From: a bacterium
GTDB taxonomy: Bacteria > Zhuqueibacterota > Zhuqueibacteria > Residuimicrobiales > Krinioviventaceae
Direction: 5' to 3'
Assembly (NCBI GenBank): GCA_963675755.2
Contig: CAXXMD010000001.1
Span: forward strand, 32,001 to 96,000
DNA: 64,000 nt
The notes beneath the pieces were generated by a model that was not told the DNA's origin, searched no databases, and saw only the letters and a list, made by a program, of their open reading frames with translations. Shown here in pieces: positions 1 to 11,807 of the stretch. The position numbers and the translations under genes were made by a program. Within the stretch, counting starts at the first letter, position 1; the number at the start of each line of letters is the position of its first letter.

Positions 1-1249
1 AGAATTCTGCAAAAGCTTCCAGGGACCGCGTCTGGCTGCGTAATAATCTCTGCCGCGATAGCGGTTGTTGCCTTCACGACGCATCCAAAAAACCACGCGT
101 TCAGGATCGCCTGCTTCTTCTTTACCCAAAAGCGCGTTGAGCATACTTTTACCTTCAATTTCGTGAGTTAGCGGTACACCGGCAGCTTCACAAAAAGTAG
201 GAAAGAGGTCCATGGTCAGGGCTACACCTCTGCCGCTGCTACCGGGTTTAATTTTATCTTTCCAAACCGCGCACATGGGTTCACGGATACCGCCTTCGTA
301 CATGTCTTGCTTTGCTCCACGCAGATGATGATGGTCGGGCGCCGAGGTCAACACGGCCGCCATTATCGGATGTAAATACAATGAGTGTATTGTCATACTG
401 ATTTGAATCTTTGAGTGCCTGAATGACCCTTGCCTATGCCGGCATCGAGATGTTCAATGAGTGCAACCAGTTTAACCCGTTTGGCATCCATTTGCGGTTC
501 ACGCTCACGGACTTTGTTCACCCATTCCTCAGGTGGTTGTATAGGGTGTATGCGGAGCATTGTAGGCCAGATAGAGAAAAAAATGGATTGGCTGTTTCTG
601 CCCGGTTTTTTAATATAATCTGCAGACCAGTCAGAGAGAAAAGGTCAGAAGCATGGCCTTTGGGATCAATTTCTTTATCGTTCAAACGCATGTAATTGTT
701 TCCGTGCCGGCGATGGGTATTGTAATCGTCCATCATGTCACCCAAAAAGCCGTGGAAATGGTCAAATCCGCGTTCGTTGGGAGTAGAGGGAGATTCGAGT
801 CCCAAATGCCACTTGCCAACTATTGCAGTGTGATAATCTGCTTTTTTCAGCATTTGTGAAATCAGAACCGCATTGGGATCCAGAGAACCCCAACTGTCGT
901 CTGCATGAGTACGGATTACACCAGGTACACCCACCAGATCGGGATAGCGTCCGGTTAACAGTGAAGCACGGGTGGGAGAGCATACGGGACAATTGGCGTA
1001 AAAGGTATCGAACCGGATACCATCCGCATACATTGCATCAATATGGGGAGTGCGCATGTCTTTTGCGCCCATAGCACCCAGATCGCCATACCCCAGGTCA
1101 TCCACCAGGATCATGAGAATATTGGGTTTGGGAGTTGATGCTTTTGAATTTTGAGTAGTACAAGCTGCAAGGCCGGTTGAAACGGCTGCTGCACCCAGTG
1201 CTGTGGATTTGAGAAACGAACGGCGGGACAAACTACTGGATTGTGACAT
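1..1249 (-). CDS. Tat-exported arylsulfatase-like sulfatase (frameshifted, runs off window start)
   Basis: SRRSFLK twin-arginine leader, DDLGYGD, CSPTRASLLTG formylglycine motif, GKWHLG; sulfatase-like sequence continues in other frames toward position 1. Confidence 0.9.
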
Positions 1250-1480
1250 TTCAGGCTCCGTTTTTTTTTATTTCTAGTATAAGGAAAAATTGTGTTTGGT
1301 AAAAGGTTTTTATTGATTTCTTTTAAAAGATTTTGGATATTAACATATCGGGGTTGTTGACTGATTTAAAAGATCACAGTTTTAATCTCAATTATAATCC
1401 GTGGAATTCGAATTTTTAGAAAATCTCAAATTGATTTATTAATTATTTGTTTTGCAGTTGACATAAACTGAGGGGTCGCT

Positions 1481-2267
1481 ATGAAAATTAAAAAATATTT
1501 AATCATACCCATTCTGTTTCTGATTCTCTGGGGTTGTGAGAACAGATCTGCAATTGTGCAGCCCAATCAAGAAATGCAAACCTATCCGGCAATCAATACG
1601 GTATTGTCACAAAAAGAAATTGACAAATTGCAACGTTCATTTCTGGCAAAATATCCTGAAATGAGCACAACAACCTTTGATGAATATGGATTTTATCAGT
1701 ATGTCGCACAAAAGACCTGATACAAACGAGCCCCTTTGTATGGGATAAAACGTCAGGCCATTGATATGGCAATATCCTTTATTCTCGAAAATACTGAATT
1801 TTTCCATTTGGAAGACAAAAAAGAGTTGTTATTTGATAATGCACGCGTTTACGGCGATCAATGGATTATTACTTTGCAGCAACAGAAACAGTCGGTGTTC
1901 CGGTATATCATAATTTAATACATGTATATACAAGTTATAATGGAGTTAATGCTATCAGCGGGGGTTTTTTATCAAAACATTACAGTGCCTGAAGCACCTC
2001 CTTCTTGATCAAGAAGCCATCGCAAATAAAATTGTTGGTTATGAATTTATCTTTTATTGTTGGGGTCCTGTAAATGTAGTGTTGGATAAAGATATGATGG
2101 GCACAGAACACCAGTTGGTTTTGTATCCGTTGCGAAAGGAAAATTATCGACAGATCCATCTTGCCTGGCAGATTCCGTTGACCGTATCAAACAGCTTTGA
2201 ATTCTTGTTGTTTGTTGATGCAATTACTTTTGAGGTGTTGGCAGTTGAACCGTTGTTTATTTGCTGA
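1481..2267 (+). CDS. Hypothetical lipoprotein, FTP/PepSY propeptide-like (split into 3 ORFs by frameshifts)
   Basis: LWGC lipobox; C-terminal LAWQI...LFVDAITFEVL resembles PepSY; ORFs 1481-1720, 1736-1918, 2079-2267 are collinear. Confidence 0.55.
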
Positions 2268-2294
2268 ATTAATAATTTAAGGATATAGTTTAAC

Positions 2295-3547
2295 GTGAAA
2301 AAAAATACTATTAATAATGATAACTTTTTTTATATGTTTTTACCGGTTGTTCGTTTAAACATGGCTCCATTTCCGGCATGGTAACCGGTCCTAATGGTAA
2401 AGAATTAAAAAAATCCGGGGTATTGATTGAGGGATTTACAAATTCAATCGTTCATCAGTATACTAAAAATAGCAAATTTACGTTTGACAACCTGGAACCC
2501 GGAGTTTACAAAGTCATTGTATATGGATTGCATCATGAAACAATAAATTTTATACCCATAGTGCTGGAAAAAGGAGAGAATATTAATCTGCAAATAAAAC
2601 TTGATCCCGTGTATTTAGAGACGGATGCGAGTTCTCTTGATTTAATTGTTTATGAGAAAAAGTTGGTTCCACCTAATGTTATCCCTATGCCCCAAAAGCA
2701 AGATGGTACATATGCTGCCCAAATTCCTACACCTGGCGATACTATTTATTATCAGGTGGGCGGAATATTCAAGATGAGAGATCACGATATCAATGTCGAA
2801 AAAGTAACTGCCGGAACACAAGCAAATGATTACCTGTTTGTACCGCGTTTGTTTGACCGAAATAGCGGTGCTGTTGCCTCCATTCTTGTCACTCCAAACG
2901 AGTTGACCGAGATCGTGTTTGATCCGCAGGTAATAGAAAGCGTGGAAAAGGTGGGGTCTGTCAAAGTAGTACCGGAAAACAGCCTTGCTGCAAAGGTTTG
3001 TGACAAATGGTCCCGAATCCGTAAAAAGAAACTGGATCTGGATAAAGCAAGATGGGTCAATAACGATACGTTGGATGTTGTGTATAAAAACGAGTATTAT
3101 AAATGGCTAAAGAATCAATACAAGCAGGAAAAAAATAAATTGGTGCAAGATTACCTGTTGCTGTCTATGATGGATAATGAATATTGTAAATATGATTACA
3201 GGTTTTTATACAAGAATATTCAATTAAAGCCTGGTTCGCTGGCATACAGCCTGATAGATATGGATCTGGTGGGAATTCTCGGTAGATTGTATTCATTGTC
3301 AAGGGAACCCAAAGCGATTAATGCTCTTGAAGATATTATTGAAGAAAATCCTAATCCTAACATACAGGCTCAAGTACTGTTGTATTTGGTTTCAGTATTT
3401 TATAAAACGGATAATGAACGGGCAATGGAGTATTATAAACGGCTGGTTGTTTTTTATTTTGATACACATGTGGCCCAGGAAGCCATTCGAAAATACGATC
3501 CTGAAAATAAAATAACCAAAGAGATATTAAAGAACTTTAGTATTTGA
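2295..3547 (+). CDS. Lipoprotein with carboxypeptidase-regulatory-like Ig domain and helical/TPR-like C-terminus
   Basis: ORF 2378-3547 (FTFDNLEPGVYKV); frameshifted signal peptide from GTG 2295 ending FTGC. Confidence 0.6.
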
Positions 3548-3673
3548 AATTTTCTGCCAGGGGAAGTTAAATTTTTTAAAAAAAATTACATATTCGGGAA
3601 TACAGTTGCAACAATTGATGTTTAAACATTTAAATTTGGAAGTAATAATGAATTTAATATAAAGGAGAACATC

Positions 3674-4526
3674 ATGAGTAAAACTGTATTAGTAACAGGA
3701 GCAACTGGAAGTCAGGGTGGTGCAGTAGCACGCGAGCTGTTAAAGAAAAAATTTAATGTACGTGCAATGACCCGTAATCCTGATGGTGAAGCGGCTAACG
3801 CACTCAAAGCTCTGGGTGCGGATATTGTTAAAGCTGATTTTGAAAATACAGAATCTTTAAAGAACGCAGTTGCAGGTGCCTGGGGAGTATTTTCAGTCCA
3901 GAATACCTGGGAAAGCGGCGCAGAAAAAGAGATAGAACATGGAATTAAACTCGCTTCTGTAGCCAAAGACGCAGGAGTTGAACACTTTGTTTATACTTCG
4001 GTGCAATCTGCTGATCGGAATACGGGTGTGCCCCATTTTGACAGCAAGTTTGAAATTGAAAAAGCAGTCAGAAAAACGGGATTCCCCTACATATACAATA
4101 TTACGTCCTGTCTTTTTTATGGACAATTACACCGGTCCCTTTTTTAAACCCGGTTTGGATGAAGGCAAGTTGACTGTAGGCATTAAACCCAATACGCCAT
4201 TGCAGGTTGTTGCTGTTGATGATATAGGTAGATATGCCGCACTTGTATTCGAAAAGAACAACGAATTTAATGGAAAAGCTCTGAGCCTTGCTGGTGATTC
4301 ATTGACCATGCCTGAAACTGTTGAAATTTTATCAGGTATAAATGGCAAGACCTTTACATTTGAGCCAACCCCCATCGAGCAGGTACGTCAGTTTAGCAGT
4401 GACTTTGCATCCATGCTCGAATGGTTTGACAGCGTTGGGTATAATGTAGATATTGATGAATTAACTCAATTAACCGGAGTCAAGCCTGTATCATTCAAAG
4501 AATGGTCTGCAAATAAAAAATGGTAA
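3674..4526 (+). CDS. NmrA/HSCARG family NAD(P)-binding protein (one frameshift)
   Basis: VTGATGSQGG, VPHFDSK, ILRPVFFMDN; frame break at the C-run near 4084. Confidence 0.9.
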
Positions 4527-4546
4527 TCTTTATTACCCAATATATT

Positions 4547-4583
4547 ACGCGTGATGTGCAAATTTAACATCACGCGTTTTTTT
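4547..4583 (+). terminator. Rho-independent terminator
   Basis: acgcgtgatgt / acatcacgcgt 11-bp stem followed by T-run. Confidence 0.8.
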
Positions 4584-4767
4584 GTTTTTCACTTTTTGTG
4601 AAATTTTTTTTCATTTCCTTTGGTTATGTAAAAAACCCTGGAACTGAATTTCTTTCTTATTTTTTCCCGGTAATACCTATCCTTTGATCAAGTCAATCCT
4701 TTGAAAAAATCAGGGTGTAACATCCTGGCCATTTTTATTATTGAATCATTAAACAAGGAGGTTTATT

Positions 4768-5665
4768 ATGATTCTGGTAATAGGTGCAACCGGTATGGTT
4801 GGTGGTGAAGTATGCCGCCAGTTGGCAATGGAAGCTTTGCCTGTACGCGCTATGATCAGAAATTCTTCGGACCCGGCCAAAGTCCGTGATTTAAGTGATA
4901 TGGGTGTTGAATTGGTTCGTGGGGACTTGCGGGACACATCTACTTTTGCACCTGCATTGAAAAATGTGAGTGAAGTTATTATGACCGCTTCTTCAATGCC
5001 TTTTTCGTATGTTGCAAATGTGAATGATATTGAGAATGTTGATAGAAAAGGAGTAATAAATTTTATTGACCGTGCAAAAACGCGATTATATAGAAAAATT
5101 TATTTACTTGTCTTTTTCCGGTCATCTGGATGAAGAATGCCCATTGCAAAAGGCAAAACGTGCTGTAGAAACCCATTTAAAAAAGAGTGGTATGAAATAT
5201 ACCATATTGCGGCCAAGTTTTTTTATGGAAATCTGGTTATCTGCTGCTGTAGGGTTTGATGCGGAGAATCGCCACGTTAATCTATATGGTGATGGCAATA
5301 AACCCATCAGTTATATTTCATACCGGGATGTGGCCCGGTTTGCCATTGAAAGCTTGACGAATCCCGCTGCGAAAAATGCAATTTTAGAGATCGGTGGGCC
5401 TAACCAGTTATCTCAATGGGATGCTGTGCGAATTTTTGAAGAAGTTTCGGGAGCTCATTTTGATATTGAACGGATACCACTGGATGTGCTTGAAAAAACA
5501 ACGCCTGGACGCTCAAGATCCCATGCAGAAATCATTTCCTACCTTGATGATTGATGCTGCCAAGGGGGGACCCTATTGAAATGAATGAATTGTCTAAAAA
5601 ATTCCATGTACCGTTAACTTCGGTACGTCAATTATGCCTCGGTTGTTTTGAACCGAAGACATTAA
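4768..5665 (+). CDS. NmrA-like atypical SDR oxidoreductase (frameshifted)
   Basis: VIGATGMVGG, YTILRPSFFME, ISYRDVA; spread over ORFs 4768-5133, 5066-5554 and start of 5551; end approximate. Confidence 0.85.
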
Positions 5666-5685
5666 GTTTGAATTGGAGGTTTTCA

Positions 5686-6609
5686 ATGAAAAGTATAAAA
5701 ATATTTTGGATTATCGTTGTTTGGATTTTATTTTTTCTGGTTTCCGGGCTACATGCAGAAACCGGTTTGAAAAGTGAAACAGCAGCCAAGCTGGATTCCA
5801 TAGCTATGGAATTTTTTACTCAGGGAGAGTTTGATAATGCAATAGAGAATTATCAAAGCGCTTTAAAAGTGGATCCAAAATATACCAGATCCTTATGGGG
5901 ATTGGCAGCCTCATATGTACTAAAAGATGAAACAAACAAGGCCATTGATATGATTTCAAATCGTCTGGACAATTGTACAGATCCGGATATGAAAATTAAT
6001 TTGAAACTGGAATTGAGCGGTTTGATGTACATAGAAAAGAAAAATGTACAGGCAAATAAGCTTTTAATGGATCTGAAAGACAATCTTGATGAGGTTCCAG
6101 AGCCCTTGGACCAATTACGACTGTTACAAACAATGGGTATGATCTGGCGTGAAGGTGGAGACATGACCCATGCTGAATTGGCCAATCAAAAGCGCTTGGA
6201 CATTGTAAAAACTGCTGATATTGCTGATTCTCTGAAATTACCTCATCATGCAAATGCTTTGTGGGACCTGGCCCATTTTGCAATAATAAGGGGAGATATG
6301 ACCAAAGCTAAAGAATGTGAAATTGCAATGCTAAATCTGGATATTGAAAATCCTGAAGAAACTTTGCCATATCAGAAAATGCAGGCCGTGTTTGCATTAT
6401 ATGGAGGACGCTATGATGAAGCTATAGAATTTTTCAAAACACAAAAAACAAATGTTGGCATGAAACGACTTGCTTTTGCATATACACAAAAAGGTGATAC
6501 TGAAATGGCAAACCAGGTCATTTCTGAATTGGCATCCAACTATCAAAGGGGAATACTTTATCTTATGATCCGTAACAACATGGTTAATGGTTTAAATCCT
6601 GTATTATAA
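5686..6609 (+). CDS. Secreted tetratricopeptide-repeat protein
   Basis: GGAGG RBS before ATG 5686, signal peptide, TPR motifs (GEFDNAIENYQSALKVDPKY; GRYDEAIEFF). Confidence 0.75.
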   Translation: MKSIKIFWIIVVWILFFLVSGLHAETGLKSETAAKLDSIAMEFFTQGEFDNAIENYQSALKVDPKYTRSLWGLAASYVLKDETNKAIDMISNRLDNCTDPDMKINLKLELSGLMYIEKKNVQANKLLMDLKDNLDEVPEPLDQLRLLQTMGMIWREGGDMTHAELANQKRLDIVKTADIADSLKLPHHANALWDLAHFAIIRGDMTKAKECEIAMLNLDIENPEETLPYQKMQAVFALYGGRYDEAIEFFKTQKTNVGMKRLAFAYTQKGDTEMANQVISELASNYQRGILYLMIRNNMVNGLNPVL

Positions 6610-6619
6610 AAATATCAAT

Positions 6620-6660
6620 CCACAAAAGAGCTGATTATGAAAAATTCAGCTCTTTTGTGG
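6620..6660 (+). terminator. Terminator-like hairpin
   Basis: ccacaaaagagctga / tcagctcttttgtgg perfect 15-bp stem just after stop codon. Confidence 0.7.
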
Positions 6661-6745
6661 GTAACCTGAAATTTTTTTATTGCCCTGTGTATTGAATTTG
6701 CTTATGTTAAATCATGGCAAAACACATTAATCAGGAGGTTGGGTA

Positions 6746-8334
6746 ATGAAAAAAGTATTACTGGTTTTATGCGTGTTTTTAAATTTTGCAGTTGTTCAGG
6801 CGGGTACCTCTTTTTCTGTCATGGATTATGGTGCCAAAGGAGACGGAAATACTCTGGATACCCAGGCGATCCAAAAGACAATTGATGCTGTAGCAGAGAA
6901 TGGAGGTGGTACGGTTTACCTTCCGTCAGGCACTTATTTGTCTGGTACAATTTTTTTTAAAAGTCATGTCAGTTTATATCTGGAAGCGGGTGCCACTTTA
7001 CTGGGCAGCACAAATCTGGATGATTATCCGGTAACCATATGTGAATACCGGTCTTATACGGATAATTATACCGTGCGCAGCTTGATTTATGCCGAAAAAG
7101 TTGAAAATGTTTCTATTCTGGGACGTGGTACTCTGGATGGCCAGGGTGCGGCTTTTAAAGATCGTCGTACCAAAGAAAAATCCATACAAAGATCGTCCGT
7201 ATATGATCAGAATGATTGAATGCAAGGACGTAACGGTTAGGGATATAACAATCGTCAATTCTCCCATGTGGGTACAGCACTATATTGCTTGTGATGATTT
7301 GCTGATTGACGGGATTACCGTCAGTAGTTTTGTAGCAGGAAATAATGATGGCATTGATGTTGACAGTTGTCATCGTGTTCGGATTGCCAATTGTGATATT
7401 TACAGTGGTGATGATGCTATTGTGTTAAAAGCAACATCGGCCCGTGCCTGTAAAGATGTTACGGTAACCAACTGTGTATTGTCAACACATTGTAATGCAT
7501 TCAAACTGGGTACCGAATCCAATGGCGGATTCCAGAATATCACTTTTAGTAACAGCACCGTGTTTGATACCAGGTTATCTGCCGTTGCTCTTGAAATGGT
7601 TGATGGCGGTTTGCTGGAGCGTGTAACGGTTAACAATATTGTGCTCAACAATGTGGGTAATGCAATATTTATCCGTTTTAGGGAACCGTGCACGTCCGTT
7701 TTTGTCAAAAGGTCCTGGCGGATCACAGGGAACCTGGGAACGAAAAGCCGAACTTGAACCTCCCGGTATGGGCGCGTTGCGCAAGGTTGTCATCTCGAAT
7801 ATGCAGGGAATTGATGTAGGACCTGTGGGTTGTTCCATCACCGGTTTACCCGGCTATGATGTAGAGGATGTAACCATTTCCAATATCAATCTGGAATGTG
7901 TTGGCGGCGGTACAGCTGATATGATTGATCGGGAAATTCCGGAAAAAGAAGATGCCTACCCCGAGTTCAAAATGTTTGGTGAATTGCCGGCATATGGATT
8001 TTATGTACGTCATGTTGATGATATAAAATTTGACAATATAGAGCTGACATACAAGAATGACGATGTTCGTCCTGTTTTTGTTTTTGATGATGTTAAAAAT
8101 CTGGATCTGTTTGATGTTGACGGTGAATTGGACGCAACAGCACCTGCATTTATGATTATGAATAATATTGATGGTGCTTTTGTGCATGGCAACCGTCCCA
8201 CACGAAATATGGGCGTGTTTATTAAAGCAGAATCTGCTAAAAAAGTAATGGTTATGAACAATGATTTATTGAATGTAAAAACTGTTTTGGATAAATCAGA
8301 TGCTGTGAAAAAAGAAGATATTGTAATAAAATAA
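6746..8334 (+). CDS. GH28 polygalacturonase-like glycoside hydrolase (two frameshifts)
   Basis: DYGAKGDG, NNDGIDVD, GDDAIVLK, KLGTES motifs; breaks at A-run ~7178 and T-run ~7678. Confidence 0.9.
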
Positions 8335-8349
8335 TTTGAATTTTTAGAT

Positions 8350-8429
8350 ACTGATGAAACAAAACACCCTGTCATACACGTAAAAAGAATCACATTATGA
8401 TAATGTCAGGTGGTTTTGTTTTCATCAGT
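8350..8429. repeat. Long imperfect inverted repeat (terminator/stability hairpin)
   Basis: actgatgaaacaaaacaccctgtcat pairs with atgtcaggtggttttgttttcatcagt, followed by T-run. Confidence 0.6.
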
Positions 8430-8452
8430 TTTTATATAAGGAGTGTGAATAA

Positions 8453-8641
8453 ATGGCTGAACCCGGATGTACAGAGTGTCCCTTTAGAGCGAAATATGAC
8501 AATAATCCCAAATCAATACTGGGCAGATTGTGGCGGTGGCATATCAATTTTTGTCCCGGATGGAAAGAGTATTTTACCAACCTGCCCGAAAATGATAGAA
8601 TTGATCTGGCAAAAAAATACAGTTTTAATAAATATCAATAA
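8453..8641 (+). CDS. Small CxxC-containing hypothetical protein
   Basis: AGGAG RBS; CTECPFRAKYD...WRWHINFCPGW, 62 aa. Confidence 0.75.
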   Translation: MAEPGCTECPFRAKYDNNPKSILGRLWRWHINFCPGWKEYFTNLPENDRIDLAKKYSFNKYQ

Positions 8642-9405
8642 AGCAGCACATCTTGTGTTGTAATTTCGTAATCGCTGGTTACTTTTAACGCGATTTTGTA
8701 ATTGTCTACTTTGACAACAGTAGCCGTACCAATAGTAAAACCATTTCTTGATATCGTATACGTATCATTTACATTCATGGGGGTTTTGTCGGTAATCTGG
8801 ACAAGAATATAGTTTTTAACAACATTCACAATTTTCAAGGGGGTTGTGATCTGCATACCCTCATCTTTGACCAGAGGTTTTGACTGTACGGGTTTTTCCT
8901 GGATGGGTGCCGGTTGTGTAGGCTGTACCGGTTGCTCGGGTTTGGATTTGCCCAGGCTGGAACCAAGCTTGTCAAAAAGTGCTTGTTCCAAAACTCCTCT
9001 AGAATTACAATCGTACCAGCTTTTGGTTACCTTGGTTTCATACCCTTCAATTTTTACCGCAATTCGCACAGTTGTCTGTTTCTCTGATAATCTGTACAAG
9101 GTGATGGTGTAACTGTATTCCGCGCGGTTCCAAATACCCATACCTACTCTGGGTTTGTATGCAATTTCGTTCAACCGGGTATCTACATCTCCAACCAGAT
9201 TGATTGATTTGGAAACAAACTGCATGTTGTTTTTGTCTATAGACTCTACCGGTATATCCATCTCAGATATGGCGGATAATAATGCGTTCCAGACTTTGGT
9301 ATAAGACATGTCAAAAGTTTTTGAATTGTTGACAGGTGCAACAGATGTCTGCGTTGCTGCACATCCCAGAAACAAAAGCAAGAGAATTGGAATATATTTT
9401 TTCAT
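8635..9405 (-). CDS. Hypothetical lipoprotein (BamC-like N-domain, Pro/Gln linker, small beta domain)
   Basis: FLGC lipobox; PEQPVQPTQPAP linker. Confidence 0.7.
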   Translation of the reverse strand: MKKYIPILLLLFLGCAATQTSVAPVNNSKTFDMSYTKVWNALLSAISEMDIPVESIDKNNMQFVSKSINLVGDVDTRLNEIAYKPRVGMGIWNRAEYSYTITLYRLSEKQTTVRIAVKIEGYETKVTKSWYDCNSRGVLEQALFDKLGSSLGKSKPEQPVQPTQPAPIQEKPVQSKPLVKDEGMQITTPLKIVNVVKNYILVQITDKTPMNVNDTYTISRNGFTIGTATVVKVDNYKIALKVTSDYEITTQDVLLY

Positions 9406-9445
9406 AACAGTCCCGTGATTTATTGCTATCCTTTTTAAAATTCAG

Positions 9446-9475
9446 AGGGATCCGTTTATCAAAAAACGGATCCCT
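9446..9475 (-). terminator. Terminator-like hairpin after pepF
   Basis: agggatccgttt / aaacggatccct 12-bp stem. Confidence 0.65.
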
Positions 9476-9482
9476 GTTGAAA

Positions 9483-11387
9483 TTATTTGGAAATCAATTT
9501 ATCCAACTCGTCCACGGTTTTATCAAACAGTTCCAGTGCTGATTGAATGGCTTCCGGTTTTGTAAGATCCAAGCCAGCTTCTTGCAGCATGAGAACCGGT
9601 GCGTTTGAATTGCCGCCTTTGAGCATGTTTAGATACGCGTCTCTTGCCGGTTCACCTTCTTCTTTGATCTTTTTAGGCAAATGCAATACCGGATGACAAG
9701 CCCGTCGCATAGGTGAATACATAATATTTGTAATAAAAATGGGGGATATACGCCCATTCCATGTGGTCGTTTTCATCCATGGTGAAACCAGAGCCATAAT
9801 AAGTTTTGATCAATTCCGTGTAAATATCATTGAGTTTGTTTGCTGTAATGGGTTCACCTGCTTCGGCAAGCTGGTGAAAACGGAGCTCAAATTCTGCAAA
9901 CAGAGTTTGACGATAGATGGTTGTACGAATAGTCTCCAACAGTTCACTAAGCAGCCAGGCTTTTTCTTCATCAGACTTGGCATGATCTATCATGTATTGT
10001 GAGAGTAGAGCTTCGTTACAGGTTGAAGCGATTTCTGCCAGAAACGGAACATATCGCCATGACAAATAAGACTGGTTGTTCATGGAATAATAACTGTGCA
10101 TGGCGTGACCATATTCATGTGCAAGTGTAGATACGTCGTTAAAAGAGTTTTGAAAGTTCATCAAAACATAAGGATGTCTGCCATATGTTGAAGATGAAAA
10201 TGCACCGCTGTCTTTATTTTTGTATGGATAAATATCGATCCAACCGTTTGCGGGATCCATAGCGGTTTTTAACATTGTATTGTATTCCTGACCAAGTGGC
10301 GTAAGTGATTGTTGGATATACTGAACACCACTGTCATAATCCATTTCCATTTCAATCTGTTTAACCATGGGTACATAAAGATCGTAAATGTGAATGTCAT
10401 CCAGTTTGAGTGCTTTTTTACGCAACTCTATGTATTTGTGCAGTGGTTTAACATTAGCTTTAACTGTGTTGATGAGATTCATATACACTGCAGGATCGAT
10501 ATCGTCTTTATCCAGGTATGCATCGATAACCGTATTGTATCCTCTGGATTTTGCCAGAAAAAGACTGAATTTTGCCTGTTCACCCAGGGTGGTTGCAAAA
10601 GTATTTTCATAGGTTTTCAGGGTGCTGAACATGGCGTCAACAGCCGCTTTACGAACCTCGCGGTTTGGTGAATGGCGAAGCAATCCGTAATTGGAAAAAG
10701 AAAGTTGCACCTCTTTATCTTCTCCTTTAATCATGGGCAAAGGCATTTCAGAAACCAGTGCGCCAAAAGCTTTTTCAGGAGCGGCGGGCAATTCATTTAA
10801 ATCGATTTGTGCCCAGAGATTATCTCCGGCAAGAGATAAAATGCGCTCTTCATCAGGAGAAAGCACTCTGTCAGCTCTTTTACGAAGACTGTTGATATAC
10901 GGCATAAAGTTTTTAGTTCAGGGGCTTTGGATATTGCGTTTTCAAGTTCCGAATCAGACAAACCCAGTATGGTCTGACGTAAAATTGCGCCTTCCTGCAT
11001 AATCCCTTCAGTGAGTGTTAATGCTGTTTGGTGACGTGCAATTACGGCCTGATTGGTGGTTGCTGTTTCCCGCTGCAGGTTTGCATAAAGGGTCAACCGG
11101 TTAATGCGGTCATCCAGATTGAAATATGCCTGCATGTAATCGGCAATCCCTTTGGGAGATGACAGTGCATTGTGCATTTCAGACAATGCTTTTAGATCAA
11201 GTTCGCACTGATCAATTTCTGTTTGCCATTGCGCATTGCTGCTGCAGAGAGGGGTGAGGTCCCATTTGTATTCATTGGGTACATCAGATGCTTTCATGTT
11301 GGCGTCGGGAGTAAAGGGTGCAGCCTGGATTGTGAAAAAGGAAAGTAGAATCATGGTGATGGTCCAGTGTTCAATTCTTGTTCTCAA
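9483..11387 (-). CDS. pepF: Oligoendopeptidase F, peptidase M3B, with signal peptide (two frameshifts)
   Basis: YKWDLT, SGAFSS, TLAHEYGHAMH, AEIAST, PHFYYKYYVFTYATG; three collinear ORFs. Confidence 0.9.
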
Positions 11388-11492
11388 AATGACCTCCTTG
11401 TTAGAATGTGGAGTAATTTACAGATCAAGATACGTACAAAATATAAAAAAGGGTACAAAAAAAAATGATTTTTGTTTATCCTGATTGTTTCT

Positions 11493-11804
11493 CTAGTCCA
11501 TATGAAAAACTTCTGTCAGTGGTTTGGTGACCGGTGAATTATCCGGATTGGTTTCCATTATATCTTGCATATACGCCCACCATTTTTGAACCAGAGGATT
11601 TTTGCCCAGATCCTGGGATGATGCGCCCGCTACCAGTTGATACCCAAACAGAATGTTTGTTTCGGGATCGTAGAATATACTGTAATCTGAAACTCCAGTC
11701 TCTTTTAATAATTCTTCGAGTTCGGGCCAGATCTCGTTATGGCGCTTTATGTATTCCTGTTCATAACCCGGATTAAGTTTCATTTTAAAAGCAACACGCT
11801 GCAT
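11493..11804 (-). CDS. rhaM: L-rhamnose mutarotase
   Basis: EYIKRHNEIWPEL, DYSIF, QKWWAYMQDIMETNPDNSP, EVFHMD. Confidence 0.95.
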   Translation of the reverse strand: MQRVAFKMKLNPGYEQEYIKRHNEIWPELEELLKETGVSDYSIFYDPETNILFGYQLVAGASSQDLGKNPLVQKWWAYMQDIMETNPDNSPVTKPLTEVFHMD

Positions 11805-11807
11805 GGT

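Noticed and set aside
3618-3629. Palindrome atgtttaaacat upstream of the NmrA gene as an operator
   Set aside because: AT-rich 12-mer, no second copy noticed and no adjacent regulator
5551-5685. N-terminal 45 aa of ORF 5551-6609 as part of the TPR protein
   Set aside because: It is mostly the frameshifted tail of the upstream SDR; RBS and signal peptide start at 5686
8351-8375. CTGATGA...AAAC...GTC resembling a hammerhead ribozyme core
   Set aside because: No stem II between CUGAUGA and GAAA; the sequence is one arm of an inverted repeat
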